The notes under the pieces were generated by a model. The model was not told the origin of the DNA. It worked only from the letters and a program-made list of their open reading frames with translations, and made no database searches. A stretch of DNA of 64,000 nucleotides from contig NC_043010.1 of assembly GCF_006345805.1 (NCBI RefSeq), forward strand, positions 14,694,001 to 14,758,000, read 5' to 3'. The position numbers were made by a program, and so were the translations under genes. Shown here piece after piece: positions 13,322 to 27,446 of this stretch (its first letter is position 1; the number at the start of each line of letters is the position of its first letter). The DNA is from Octopus sinensis. Lineage: Eukaryota.

Positions 13322-13559
13322 TATTTCTTTACTGCCCACAAGGGGCTAAACACAGAGGGGACAAACAAGGAAAGACAAACGAATTAAATCGATTACATCG
13401 ACCCCCCCCCCAGTGCGTAACTGGTACTTAATTTATCGACCCCGAAAGGATGAAAGGCAAAGTCGACCTCGGCGGAATTTGAACTCAGAATTTTAACGGC
13501 AGACGAAATACGGCTACGCATTTCGCCCGGCGTGCTAACGTTTCTGCCAGCTCACCACC
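13322..13559 (-). mobile_element. SINE family C monomer
   Basis: Homology to other copies; 16-bp TSD TATAGTC(C/T)CAGATACC at 13306..13321 and 13561..13576. Confidence 0.88.
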
Positions 13560-14059
13560 TTATAGTCTCAGATACCGTGATCACTTGTAGTGTGTGTGTG
13601 TATGTGTGTGTGTGTGTATGTGTGTGTGTGTGTGTATGTGTGTGTGTGTGTGTGTGTGATGATGGTGGTGGTGGTGGTGAGTGAGCGTGTGTGTATGTAT
13701 GTATGTACTTATGTTGTATGTAATGTATGTATGCATGTATGTATGTATGTCATCTTCGTAGTCATAAAACGAGACAGATGAGTGACAACCTGGTCACTAG
13801 TGGTGGTGTAACACACCATACTAATCATATCTGTCGGGCATGTGGAAGAGAGTGTAATTCGGCAGGAGGACTTAAACGACATGCAAAGGTACATGAAGCC
13901 CAGTTACAACTACAGCCGGCTATTACCAGTAAAGGTTTTAGTTGCCAATTTTGTACAAGACATTGTAGATCTTTAGCTGCGCTAAAAAGTCACATTCGAT
14001 CACAGCACCAGTAACAGTTAAGCTTCGTGCAATGGCCATATTCGATAACGAGGGGGCAG

Positions 14060-14086
14060 CCATAATAATGTATGTATGTATGTATG

Positions 14087-14117
<31 letters not shown>

Positions 14118-14504
14118 TGTATGTATGTTTGTATGCATGTATGTATGTATGTATGTATGCAATGTATGTATGTTTGTATGCATGTATGTATGTAAAATTA
14201 ATCCAAAGAAGAAAGCACAAAAAAAAACACAACAACGCGAGGACGTGGAACAAATATAGTATTATTGGACGCTCAGGAAAGAAGGAAACAAGGAGGGTTT
14301 AACGTTTAAAGCGGAGCTCTTCGTCGGAAACATAGAAGGAAAGATCCAGAGAAGGGACTGTATGTATGTATGTATGTATGTATGTATGTATGTATGTATG
14401 TATGTATGTATTTATATATGTATGTTTGTATTTATGTATGTATGTATGATTGTATGTATGTATGTATGTATGTATGTATGTTTGTTTGTATGTATGTATG
14501 TATG

Positions 14505-14538
<34 letters not shown>

Positions 14539-14790
14539 TGTATGTATTTATGTATGTATGTATGTATGTATGTATGTATGTAGGTATGTATGCATGTATG
14601 TATGTATGTATGTATGTATGTTTGTATGTATGTATGTATGTAAAGTATGTATGTATGTATGTATGTATGTATGTATGTATGTATGTGTGCATGTATGTAT
14701 GTATGTATGTATGTATTTATGTATGTATGTATGTTTGTATGTATGTATGTATGTATGTATGTATGTAGGTATGTATGCATGTATGTATGG
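14060..14790. repeat. (TATG)n microsatellite tracts
   Basis: Direct inspection; interrupted by the repeat at 14213..14358. Confidence 0.95.
14213..14358 (-). mobile_element. Hammerhead-bearing dispersed repeat (family P1), degenerate copy
   Basis: Near-identical to 59527..59704; the GAAA side of the core is mutated. Confidence 0.65.
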
Positions 14791-15409
14791 TAACAAATGT
14801 TAATCGAAGGAACATTCAATATCTTTCTTTAGAGCATTGGTTCTTTACCATTTTTTCCTATGGAACTCTTTGATAACTATTTTATTCTGGTGGTTCCCCA
14901 TAACCATTCGATGTCTAAAAACTAGTTTTATAGAAGCTTCTTCCAAAATTCCTATTTTGTTTTTCATATATTTGCTTGTGTAGGGTGAACCATGTAAAAT
15001 GTCAGAGAAACAAAATTTGATGTTTCTTGCAATACATAATAACACATACATCAGAAGTAAATTATTTTTCAGGGGCCCTTAGAATAATATTGTGGATTCT
15101 CAATTTATCATTTTGTTGCATGGACCCTCAAAAATCTTATATGGACCCCAGTTAAGAACCACTGCTCTAGAGGATTGTATTTATTTTACTTTAACAAGGA
15201 AAAGGTTGAAAGTAACTCCGAAGTTTCGTTTAACTAACTGTCTGACGAAGGTGCTTAATCCACCAAACGAAAACTTTAGAAAATAACTATAAAGTTTTTC
15301 TTTCAAAAATATTCTTCTTATAGTACACACGTACATACATACATACATACATACATACATACATACATACATACACATACATACATAGCTACATACATAC
15401 ATACATACA

Positions 15410-15441
<32 letters not shown>

Positions 15442-16028
15442 CAGACAGCAAGATAGACAGACACTCACACACAAGTGTGTGTGTGTATGTACGTATTTTC
15501 TCTTCAACACCTACGGCGCTTAGATCACTTAGTACACGTGTATGAGTATAATTATATATAGTAATTATATATAGGAAGCACTTACCCGTCTACAAGTGCC
15601 ATTGACAATAATATACGCTAACGGATAAAATTAGATAATGAAATAATTAGGTAGTAAGTAATTGGTGAATAATGAAAAAAAAAAATAATAATTAGACGCA
15701 GGTTCTTAACCATTCAATATCGTACCATCTACCTCTCTGTCTGCTTGTATTTCCACGTACCCTCACCTGTATATGTACACCCACTCGGGTGCTCTCAGCA
15801 CACACTCGCATACATACTCCTACACATGAACTGCTCTCTGGTGTAGTATTCATATTTCTATGTTGTGTCTATAAACGTACATATGCATATACATGTATTG
15901 ATATGCTTTTCATTCTTTATATTCCATAAGCGAGAAAATTCTAATTTATAAGATTTCTTCAGATTCTGTATTTTTTAATAATTTTATTTTTTGTATACGA
16001 ATATTTCTTAAAGAGTCTACTTTCAATT

Positions 16029-16451
16029 GGATCCTTTCGGTTTGAACGGCAGTTTTTAACATAATTTCTATGTAACTAAAAAAATGTTCAACTTCGAATA
16101 CTGGTAGAATGTGTTTATAAAACATCTTTTTCTCTTGGCTTTATTGAGACAATTCTATAGTTTGTAAGATATTTGTTGTTTTTTTCTTCAATTTCTGCAA
16201 TTTCAACCAATCAATGACGTCCACTGAGGTAAAATACATTCTGTGCCGTATAAATATGTCTCTCGTTTAAGAAACAGATTGGGTTTATTTACATTTGTGA
16301 AGAAAAAAAGATACCCTTCACCCCACCCTTAACCCTAACCCTAACCCTAAAACAGATTGAAATGCAATAGATCGATACTAGGGTCATAATTATGGGTGAC
16401 AATTTCATATGACACCGCTAGAAAAAACTGCCGTTCAAACCGAAAAGAACC
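16029..16451 (+). mobile_element. MITE with ~28-bp TIRs and internal (CCCTAA)3
   Basis: GGATCCTTTCGGTTTGAACGGCAG / CTGCCGTTCAAACCGAAAAGAACC; flanks CTTTCAATT / CTCTCAATT (8-9 bp TSD). Confidence 0.85.
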
Positions 16452-16664
16452 CTCTCAATTTTCTCAAACCGTACTGAAATCTATCCTACTTATACAACAG
16501 ATAGTTATGTTGTATGACTTTGCGTCATATTGGCTCCAGAATTTAGTTTTTGAGTTTGGTACTTATTCTGTCAAACTGCTAAGTTACGGACACGTAAGCA
16601 AACTCAACTGTTGTCAAGCGTTGTCAAGCGGTAGTATATATATTCTTTTATCGTGTTATTCGTT

Positions 16665-16929
16665 TCAGTCCTTTTTGCTGGACCGCTAAGTAACGGGGAC
16701 GTAAACACACGAACATCGGTTGTCAAGTGATAGTTGGGGGAAACACACACACACATACACACATATACGACGGTCTTCTTTCATTATCCGCCTACGAAAC
16801 CACTCACAAGTCTTTGGTCACTTGGAGGGTTTAGTAGAAGACACTTGCCGAAGGTGCCATGCGGTGGGACTGAACCTGAAACCATATAGTTAGTAAGGAA
16901 GCTACTTACCACACAGCCACTCCTGCGCA
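16665..16929 (-). mobile_element. SINE family B
   Basis: Homology to 4531..4993. Confidence 0.75.
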
Positions 16930-16952
16930 TATATATATATATATATATATAC

Positions 16953-17142
16953 AGGGAGAGTTTACGAAGAACAAACAAAAGACGAAGACAAGTGGTGTAC
17001 AAAACAAACATATGTATTAGTATAACGCTCAGGAATAGAAAAAGTCTTTTACGTTTCGAGCCTACGCTCGTCTACAGAAAGAGGCACAGAAAAAAACAAG
17101 GAGAGAAAAAATGTGTGTAGTGGCTAACGATCTATCATGGCG
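16953..17142 (-). mobile_element. Hammerhead-bearing dispersed repeat (family P2)
   Basis: Minus strand 17082..17045: UCUUU CUGUAGA c GAGC guag GCUC GAAA CG UA AAAGA; abuts (TA)n. Confidence 0.7.
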
Positions 17143-17473
17143 ACTGACTTCGGACAGAGGATCACACACGAGAGCGAAGAAGTAGGGGAGATAACAAAAT
17201 AAACATGACCCCCAACACGAAGGTGTGTGTGTGTATAAGAGAGTATGTATGTGCGTGTGAAAAGGGCTGGTGGTCTGGACGCGTGCATGTATGTATGTGT
17301 AGGTGTGAAAATGTGGGGATAGGAATTGGTCAGTGCTGGTGTGTGGGTGGTGTGTTGTAATATGATGTGTAATGTTGTATGGTGTAGTGTGGGTGGTGTG
17401 ATGTTGTTGGGAGGTGGGGGAGGCGAGATTGGGGAAAGCACGGGTGGGGTGTGGGTTCGGCTGAGGGTTGAGG

Positions 17474-17529
<56 letters not shown>

Positions 17530-17795
17530 CATACATACTCTTCTATTTCATTGCTTCCTATCTGTGGATTTTCCATGTCTAAATCTTTTATCTGAATATT
17601 TCCATGTCTAGATATTTCATATGTTCTGTCTACTTGTCTCTGATGATGGGATATCTCATGTTTAAGCTTATTGGCAAATCACTTAGGTTATCTCAGAAAC
17701 ACTGTAAGAATTCATCTAATTTAAAAATAATACAATATAATATATATGATTTGAAATGCTTGTTATGCCTTGACGTTTGATGTCCTGTTTCACAC

Positions 17796-17844
<49 letters not shown>

Positions 17845-17868
17845 GATGTGTGTGTGTGTGTGTGAAGG

Positions 17869-18169
17869 CGCGTGACCAAGTGGGTCCTTTGGCTGCGGTC
17901 ACGCTGGAGCACCTCCTTTAGTCAAGCAGATCGACGCCAAGACTTATTCTTTGTAAGCCTAGTACTTATTCTATCGGTCTCTTTTGTCGATCCACTAAGT
18001 TACTTCGACGCGTAAACACACCAGCCTCGTTTGTCAAGCGATGGTGGAGGACAAGAACAGACAGACACACACATCCATCCATCCATCCATCCATCCATCC
18101 ATCCATCCATACATCCATACATACATACATACATACATAGTATAATATATATGTGTATAATATATGTGT

Positions 18170-18243
<74 letters not shown>

Positions 18244-18425
18244 GGGTATATCGGCAAATTCACTCACAAGGCATTGGTTGACACTGAGCTATATCACATA
18301 TACATATATACACATATATACACATACAAACATAAACACTTGCGCAAGCTGCTACGCAATGAGACTGAACCTGAAAACACGTGGTTGGAAAACAGGTGGT
18401 TTTTAATCGCACAGAAATGTCTGTT
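17869..18425 (-). mobile_element. SINE family B, degenerate, expanded internal microsatellite
   Basis: Both halves recognisable around (CATC)/(TA) repeats. Confidence 0.65.
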
Positions 18426-18690
18426 TTTTTATCATTTTTAAAATTTAAAAAATTTTTAATTACCAACTGTTTTTATTATTGAAAATATTTGTGTAAAGAC
18501 ACCAATTTTAGGTATTTAAAAATAATTGGCTCCAGATAAAAGTTCCATAAAAACTTGAAACGTCTGATTAAGTCGTAGAGCTGGTGTTCAGATGCAAATA
18601 ATCTCACACTCTACCTTATAATTGATATTGAGTACTTCAGTCCGCCATCTAAGATCTTTGTATATATATATATACTTGTATGTATGTGTA

Positions 18691-18743
<53 letters not shown>

Positions 18744-18769
18744 TCTAGATTTTATCGCTTTTTAAAGTC

Positions 18770-18930
18770 TGGTAATTATTCTATCGGTTATTTTTGACGA
18801 AACACTAAGTCTCGTGGATATAAACAGATTACCACCAGCTGACAAGCGGTGATGAAACAGACACAAAGATACGGTCTCCATAGCTATCTATCTATCTATC
18901 TATCTATGTACATATAGAAACATGCATATA

Positions 18931-18997
<67 letters not shown>

Positions 18998-19290
18998 TTG
19001 GTGTATAATATTATCATATATGTATATACATATATACACATATATACACATATACATATATACACAGATATACACATACAAACATAAACACACACAAACA
19101 TGCATGACACACACACACATACACACACAGAGTACAGATTTCCACGCACTTTCGGTCTCTCAACTTCACTCACCAGGCATTCATTTGGTCGACCGTAGTC
19201 TTTAGTAGAAGACATGTGCCCAGTGGTCTCGGACAGTGGGACTGAACAATATAGTTGCGAAGCGAACTTCTAAACCACACAGCCGTACCT
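18770..19290 (-). mobile_element. SINE family B, degenerate
   Basis: Both halves recognisable around TA/TG/CA repeats. Confidence 0.6.
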
Positions 19291-19460
19291 GTAGGCAAGA
19301 GGTAATCACTCCAACATTGTTAAAAAATACTGATAATGTATAATTAGTAGCATGCAACTGGTGCGTCGAATCACGCCTTTAAATCATGCGCTTCACTTGT
19401 CAAAAGACAAGTAAAGCTGTTGGAAGCCAATCTCCGTTCATCTTTTCCACATCTGTAGTC

Positions 19461-19868
19461 GGATCTTTTCGGTTTGAACGGCAGTTTTTTTTAATAATTT
19501 CTACGTAACTAAAAATTTTATACTTCGTATACTGGTAGAATGTGTTTATAAAACATCTTTTTCTCTTGGCTTTATTGAGAAAATTATACAGTATGTAAGA
19601 TATTTGTTGTTTTTTTCTTCAATTTCTGCAATTTCAACCAATCAATGACGTCTATTGAGGAAAAAACATTCTGTGCCGCATGAATACGTCCCTCGTTTAA
19701 GAAACAGATTGGGTTTATTTACATTTGTGAAGAATAAAAGATACCCTTCCCCCTAACCCTAACCCTAAAACAGATCGAAATGCAATAGATCGATTCTAGG
19801 GTCATAATTATGGGTGACAATTTCATATGACACCGCTAGAAAAAACTGCCTTTCAAACCGAAAGATCC
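19461..19868 (+). mobile_element. MITE (same family as 16029)
   Basis: Same TIRs and CCCTAACCCTAACCCTAA core; flanks CTGTAGTC / ATGGAGTC. Confidence 0.85.
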
Positions 19869-20857
19869 ATGGAGTCTGTCGGCAACCTCGTACGAGGATT
19901 GCATGTACATTGTGTGTAAATGAAATGTGTAATGTAGTATTATGGTGTTGTACTGGCATTGCCGACTAGATATGCTGTAGCGGCATTTTGTCCTACTCTT
20001 GTCATTTATAACACCAGCTGTGTCCCGAAAGCAATCATATGGCTACAATATACAGATATCTTGAAAAAGGTATTAGTTTTTCCTTACTGTATTACAAAAG
20101 CTCAAAACAAACTATAAAAAAAAAACATAATGAAGGTAAAGGAAAATAAATGGTAGAAAACAAGCAAACGAATAAATAACCATGAAATGCGAGATGTAAT
20201 AAATATACATTTGTCACACAATAAAATAAATCAGCCTCGCTTAAATTATGTTCAAGTTCAAATAAACCATTAAACAGATATAGGGCAAGTGCAACATCTT
20301 GGAATAAATAACAAAAACAAAAGCGTCTCGTTTAAATGTTTGAACAAAATGACTTTATTACACGGCGGTCTTGAAAGCAATGCATCTAACCTTAGCTCGA
20401 TGTGGGCGAGTTTACGATAGCGTGGTAATCTACGTACGAGTACAGCTGTCCGGATAATGCTGCGTTTTGTTCTGATTATGAGCACAATCGCCATTACAAG
20501 ATGGCGGTCGTGTGAGTCATTGCAAGTAGACAAAGTTTTGGTATTTACAAAATTATAGTACTTATGTATGTTGTTGTACACACATATATACATACATACG
20601 TACATACGTACATACATACATACATACATTCATACATACATACATACATACATACATACATACATGCATACATACATACATACATAATACATACATGCGT
20701 ACGTACGTACATACATACGTACGTACATAAATACATACATACATACATACATACATACATACATACATACATTCGTACGTACGTACGTACATACATACAT
20801 ACATACATATATACATACATACATACGTACGTACATACATACATAAATACATACGTG

Positions 20858-21296
20858 GGATCTTTTTGGTTTGAACGGCAGTTTTTTCTAGCGGTGTCAT
20901 ATGAAATTTTCACCCATAATTATGACCCTAGAATCGATCTATTGTATTTCAATCTCTTTTAGCGTTACGGTTAGTTAGGTTTATGGTTAGGGTTAGGGGT
21001 GGGGGAAGGGTATCTTTTTTTCTTCACAAATGTAAATAAACCCAATCTGTTTCTTAAACGAGGGACATATTCATACGGCACAGAATGTTTTTTTTTTACC
21101 TCAATGGACGTCAGTGGTTGGTTGAAATTGCAGAAATTGAAGAAAAAAAACAACAAATATCTTACAAACCATAGAATTTTCTCAAAAAGCCAGAGAAAAA
21201 AGATGTTTTATAAAACATTCTACCAGTATACGAAGATAAAATTTTTTAGTTACCTAGAAATTATGTTAAAAATTGCCGTTCAAACCTAAAAGATCC
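20858..21296 (-). mobile_element. MITE (same family as 16029), inverted
   Basis: Same TIRs; GGTTAGGGTTAGGG core; flanks CATACGTG / CATAATTG. Confidence 0.85.
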
Positions 21297-22107
21297 CATA
21301 ATTGCACGCACGCTCACACATACATGTATGGTAGTCTAAAAAAACACTTATCAAACTAATTATATATTTTAAAAGATAGTGGGTTTTACATGAATCTTCT
21401 TACAGATTTTACAACACGGCTCAACATACTGCTCTTTGCAAGGCAGTGGTCTCGAAAATAAGAAGACAGCAGGCTTTAGTAAAGCCTATATCAGGCACTG
21501 TATAACAAATTTTAAGTATCTAATATTTGAAAATGTGCCCTATTATCTTAGGATGAGTCTAAATTTTCAGAGGACTGATGCGGCAAGGAGCAACTAGCAA
21601 AGGGGTCAGACGTTTGTGTCTTGTCCCTGATACTTAACTTTCAAAGTTTGAATCTTGATCGCTTTGAGTTGATATTGATGACAACTGTAAGCAGTGGTAG
21701 TACTATAGAGTTGAGGAGTGTTTACTTGGTGTACAGAGCTGTGTTAAAATCGTCAAGTGAGGCCTGCAGAAGATAATGAGAAAAATCACTACAATCTATT
21801 TCACTCGTCACCATTATATGATGAATAAATCTTTAGATGTGTCTCTATGGTCTTATAGGGGTTATAGCATTAAACTCCTGCCACCATACACCGCTACCAT
21901 CTCCGCTATCACTACTATAGTCGTCATGAACGAGCATCACGAATATATACTGCCACCATCAAGAAATAATATAAGAGAATTGACCAAATCAACCCCATAT
22001 TATTCCATGTCTTGTGAAAAGAAAAAGAACAACAAAAACAAATGCAAAACAATCCTTCCCCTGTAAAAAAACCCCTAAAAAAATAGAAAGAAATATACTC
22101 TCTCTCT

Positions 22108-22511
22108 CTTTTTACTCTTTTACTTGTTTCAGTCATTTGACTGCGGCCATGCTGGAGCACCGCCTTAGTCAAGCAAATCGACCCCGGGACTTATTCTTTG
22201 TAAGCCCAGTACTTATTCTATCAGTCTCTTTTGCCGAACCGCTAAGTGACGGGGACATAAACACACCAACATCGGTTGTCAAGCAATGCTAGGGGGACAA
22301 ACACAGAGACACAAACACATACATATATATACATAATATACATATATATGACAGGCTTCTTTCAGTTTCCGTCTACCAAATCCACTCACAAGGCTTTGGT
22401 CGACCCGAGGCTATAGGAGAAGACACTTGCCCAAGGTGTCACGCAGTGGGACTGAACCCGGAACCATGTGGTTGGTTAGCAAGCTACTTACCACACGGCC
22501 ACTCCTGCGCC
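22108..22511 (-). mobile_element. SINE family B, full length
   Basis: Complete head and (GTAAAAGA)-type tail. Confidence 0.88.
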
Positions 22512-22641
22512 TATATATGTTTATTTCCGAACTTTTTCATTATGAGTTCAAATTATAAAGGAGTAGACTTCAACATTCAGGACAGAAAATTGCGAGCAAA
22601 GAAATGAAATCAAGTCACCAACACCACCACCACCAACATCA

Positions 22642-23017
22642 GTGGAGGCGCAATGGCCCAATGGTTAGGGCAGCGGACTCGCGGTCGGAGGATCGCGGTT
22701 TCGATTCCCACACCTGGCGTTGTGTGTGTTTATTGAGTGAAAACACCTAAAAGCTCTACGAGTCTCCGGCAGGGGGTGATGGCGACCCCTGTTGTACTCT
22801 TTCGCTCCAACTTTCTCTCACTCTCCCTTCCTGTTTCTTGTCCTCGACTTCCTACGCAACCGCTGAGCCTGGATGCGCATTCACCCATCCGTCGATGCTC
22901 TCGGTGTCGGGGGTTGACCTGCTTTTTCTTCTGCGGATCTTACGAACAGCAAAGGACCACGTTTCGGACTGCAGACAGTCCTGAGACGCTCAACAAACAA
23001 ACAAACAAACAAACAAA
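22642..23017 (+). mobile_element. tRNA-derived SINE family A, full length
   Basis: A box TGGCCCAATGGTTAG, B box GGTTTCGATTCC, (CAAA)n tail, 12-bp TSD CCACCAACATCA at 22630..22641 and 23018..23029. Confidence 0.92.
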
Positions 23018-23855
23018 CCACCAACATCAATACGAGCACCAGTTTCTGTTTTGACCTATTAAACAGTTAACCATTCGTCGCCGAGCCCATAGAAACCTTT
23101 ATGAATAAGGTGTTGATGAACAAGCAGTATGAACGATGTGACAAAGCTATTTTTACAAGTCATTAATGGTTTTAATTATTATGATATAATCAGCATTGAA
23201 CCGCCAATGATGTATTGTATAGTAAAAGTCTGACACGTTCACAACAGCGCTTATTGAATCTAAGGCGCGATGCAAATCTTCTGAAAACGTTCTTATCTTT
23301 TGATGTCTATTTGAATGATGATGGGACACAAAAGACTCGTATCCAATCTGGAGCTCATTAACTATTGTCGTTTATAATGAATAAAACCTGATTAACACAA
23401 ATTATTGTTGTATGAAGACACTTGTAGGAAACTTCTCTCTCAATTCATAAAGCTTGATTAAATTCAACCAAGATTGATTACCTCTCACGTTTACACAACC
23501 GGTAATTTTACCGTGCTGCGTATAATGAAAGTAACTTTTAAATCACACCTCGCAGTACAAGTTTTACAAATATCACGAACTGTGTTGTTATTCAACATAT
23601 AACACCACAGATTTAAATAATTGTGAATTTAGACTAAGTCGGAGTTGAATCGATTGTTTTATATATGAAAAGTATTACTGCTTTAACTTCTTCTATTTTC
23701 TTGTATTGTTCCTATACTTTGAAACTTTACTAGAATTTCTTATTTTACATGATCTTTCGATCCAAGGATTTCTGCTTATGTGAGTGTATATATTTCGGTA
23801 GTTTGTCTTGTATATCTTATCGTATATTTTCTATATATCTTTTAGTGTTACTCTT

Positions 23856-24020
23856 ACTCTTTTACACTTTTATTTGTTTCAGTCATTTAACTGTGGCCAT
23901 GCTGGAGCACCGCCTAGTACTTATTCTATCGGTCTCTTTTGCCGAACCGATAGGTTACGGGGACGATTTTGGGGGACAAACACAGACACACAGACATATA
24001 CACATACATACATACATACA

Positions 24021-24054
<34 letters not shown>

Positions 24055-24202
24055 CATACATACGACAGGCTTCTTTCAGTTTCGGTCTACCAAATCCCCT
24101 CACAAGGCTTTGGTCGGCCCGAGTAAGTGCCACGCAGTGGGACTGAACCCGGTACCATGGGGTTCGTAAGCAAAGAACTTACCACACAGCCACTCCTACG
24201 CC
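23856..24202 (-). mobile_element. SINE family B with internal deletions
   Basis: Homology to other copies. Confidence 0.8.
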
Positions 24203-24551
24203 TATAAGATTACGAATTTTTTTTCAACTCTAAAATCCTAAGAGAGATTTTCATATGGCTTCTGATTCCTCTGCAGAACTTGGTGAGATACACACACACA
24301 CACACACACACACACAATCTTAAAATTAAAAAAAAACACAAATTTTGTACCTACAGCTACCCAGAGTTTTCCTGGTCAAAATGATAATTTGTTCTGCTGT
24401 TTATCAAGCTGAATTTATCAAGTTGTCTTTCGAGCAGATAACGTTTAAGCCCTGGCTAGCTGGAATTACAAGATTTATGGTTTTTCATTTTAAGATTATC
24501 TTTACTCTCTTAACTGATCGAGTCCTTATCTATGTGTTGAAGCATTACCTC

Positions 24552-24595
<44 letters not shown>

Positions 24596-24596
<1 letters not shown>

Positions 24597-25007
24597 AGGA
24601 GTGGCTGTGCGGTAGGTAGCTTGCTTATCAACCACATGGTTACGGGTGCAGTCCCACTGCGTGGCACCTTGGGCACGTGTCTTCTACTATAGCCTCGGGC
24701 CGACCAAAGCCTTGTGAGTGGATTTGGTAGACGGAAACTGAAAGAAGCCCGTCGTATACATGTATATATATATGTGTGTGTATATGTTTGTATGTCTGTG
24801 TTTGTTCCCCCTCCAACATCGCTTGACAACCGATGCTGGTGTGTTTACGTCCCCGTAATTTAGCGGTTCGGCAAAAGAGTCCGAGAGATCAAGTACTAGG
24901 CTTACAAAAGAATAAGTCCTGGGATCGATTTGCTCGACTAAAGGCGGTGCTCCAGCATGGCCGAAGTCAAATGACTGAAACAAGTAAAAGAGTAAAAGAG
25001 TAAAGAG
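24596..25007 (+). mobile_element. SINE family B
   Basis: Homology; tail GTAAAAGAGTAAAAGAG; a partial inverted copy follows at 25030..25165. Confidence 0.85.
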
Positions 25008-25284
25008 TATGTATATATATATATATATATACGACGGCCTTCTACACATATTCCGTCTACTGAACTCACAAGGTGTTGGTCAGGTCGGCACTAAGTAGAA
25101 GATACATATCCAGCGTGCCACGCAGTAGGACTGAACCTGAAATCACGTGGTTGCAAAGCGAGTTTGTCTGAGGAACGAGTATATAATCCGTGAGTTTATT
25201 TGGTAAAAAAAAAATTGAATGACCGTCCCGAAATATAACAATATAACACTATGCTTATATACATGTGTGCCGTTGGCGATTTCT

Positions 25285-25432
25285 TCTCCATCTTTGGAAT
25301 TTTGCCTTTCTACTTTCCGACGAAGAGCAGTGCTCGAAACGTCTCATTTCACTGAGCGTCAAGCTAATACATTTCTGTGCTCATCCTCAGGTTCATTTTT
25401 TCGTTATTTTTATGTGAACAGTTTGTTTATTT
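25285..25432 (+). mobile_element. Hammerhead-like repeat related to P1/P2
   Basis: CCGACGA a GAGC agu GCUC GAAA CG UC at 25317..25343; stem I not paired. Confidence 0.5.
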
Positions 25433-25454
25433 GAATTGACTATATATATATATA

Positions 25455-25845
25455 TCTTTATATATAAAAGTCAAGTTGTGTGTCTGTCTCCTACGATTTA
25501 GATTCCGAACTACTCCCACATTTTGCGGTGCAGTGTAACCAAAAGCGGGTATCTTATAGTCGTTATTCTTATCGAGCCCTTCTGGGTATTAGCGCGCGTC
25601 TACGATGAGTCTACAATTAAAAAAAAATTTCCATAATTTTTTCCCATTTCTAATGCCTTTTTTTGCTATTATATAAGGGAAGTAACACTCTAAAATGTAT
25701 TATTAAATCTCTGAACGTAAAAAGCTACAGTAATACCCCCCTTGTGGTTAGCCATATTGAGATGGCTATTATAGTTTACATCTCTAAAAATGCTTATATA
25801 GTTATTTCCCTTAGAAACCCGAGCGACGCCGGGCGATACTGCTAG
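25455..25845 (+). mobile_element. Non-autonomous Helitron
   Basis: 5' TCTTTATATATAAAAG, 3' hairpin CCCGAGCGACGCCGGG then CTAG; inserted between A and T. Confidence 0.8.
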
Positions 25846-25959
25846 TATATATTAATAGATCTCAAGGTAGCCAAAAATTTTTTTTTAATTATACGCTACC
25901 AGTTGTCTAGCGTGAAGAAAAAAATAGTCAATAGACTATATATTATTCATATAAAAATA

Positions 25960-26300
25960 CAGTGGCGATAAGAGGACATCTGACTCGCCAGAAAGAGTAT
26001 TGTATTTGCTGCCGATAAAAAACCGCGCGTGTGCGGTGGATTTTGAAAACTTATAACATATAAACACAAGGCATGTTCTTTATCAACTCGTTTTTATATG
26101 TTAATATTGGCTTTCCTGCTGATGATAGCTTCGCTAATTGTAAATTATTTTATTTACAGAAGATTGCTTGAAACATTAATGCTACAGTAAATTTAGAGTA
26201 AATGTTATAATTTTTCATTCCCTTTCGAAATTACCTCTAATAGTGGTTTGTAGTTTAACTACTCTTTCTAGCGAGTCAGATGCCCTGTTATGGCCATCTA
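25960..26300. mobile_element. MITE-like element with ~40-bp imperfect TIRs
   Basis: CAGTGGCGATAAGAGGACATCTGACTCGCCAGAAAGAGTA vs TACTCTTTCTAGCGAGTCAGATGCCCTGTTATGGCCATCT. Confidence 0.6.
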
Positions 26301-26319
26301 TTATGCATTTAAATGTACA

Positions 26320-26352
<33 letters not shown>

Positions 26353-26356
<4 letters not shown>

Positions 26357-26617
26357 AACTCAGAACGTAGCGGCAGACGAAATACCTATTTCTTTACTAC
26401 CCACAAGGGGCTAAACACAGAGGAGACAAACAAGGACAGACAGACGGATTAAGTCGATTATATCGACCCCAGTGCGTAACTGGTATTTAATTTATCGACC
26501 CCAAAAGGATGAAAGGCAAAGTCGACCTCGGTGGAATTTGAACTCAGAACGTAACGGCAGACGAAATACCGCTGAGCATTTCGCCCGGCGTGCTAACGAT
26601 TCTGCCAGCTCGCCGCC
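26353..26617 (-). mobile_element. SINE family C, one full unit plus the start of a second
   Basis: Junction GAAATACCTATTTC at 26379..26392. Confidence 0.85.
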
Positions 26618-26865
26618 TTACTTGCTATCCCTGCTAGGCTGAGTGATCGCATACAGACTTTGTTCTGTATGCTGTCTTATAAGTTCGTTACTGATTCATC
26701 ACTTTACTATATAGTATGATACATTAGCTTCCGTCTCTAATAATCACTAATGCATTACTAAAATATAACTATATGTATATAACTAATATATACTTACATA
26801 AATATATATGTATATATGTATGTATATATTTATATTATATCATATCATATTATATTATATTATCA

Positions 26866-26931
<66 letters not shown>

Positions 26932-27385
26932 TGTATATGCTTGTTCTGTGTGTGTGTGTTTGCGCGCGCGCGCGCGTGTGTGCAAGGACATAACTTGAAT
27001 GCATTTACTGTATTTCGTATTATTGACTATTTGCTACAACCAATTCTTTTTGTTAGTTCTGTACCAGTTAAAATGTAATAGAATACCAAGTATTCCGGAA
27101 AAAGAGATCCTAAGAATCGCATATAAAAAAAAAACCAACACCACTTCAAGGAAACCATGTAGTGTCAATAGATATTGTACAAGAGCAGTTATATTCTTCC
27201 TAATTATAAATAATGATATTTCATCCAACAGATCATTAGTGAACGTTCGTGCTGTTTATAGTCTTTATTCTACATGTCTAAGTCTTATAATGTAGTTTTT
27301 GTTTTATAACATCCAATGTTAAACGCTTATTCTGCATCCATCGATCCATCCATCGATCCATCCATCCATTCATACATACATACAC

Positions 27386-27446
<61 letters not shown>

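Noticed and set aside
15221-15280. CUGACGA-GGUG/CACC hammerhead-like start
   Set aside because: GAAA is out of register and no UH cleavage site or stem I follows
20484-20510. YY1-like CAAGATGGCGG in a CpG-containing patch
   Set aside because: Single short motif with no supporting promoter evidence
22642-22715. tRNA-like sequences at SINE heads as real tRNA genes
   Set aside because: No complete acceptor stem or terminator; they continue into SINE bodies with TSDs
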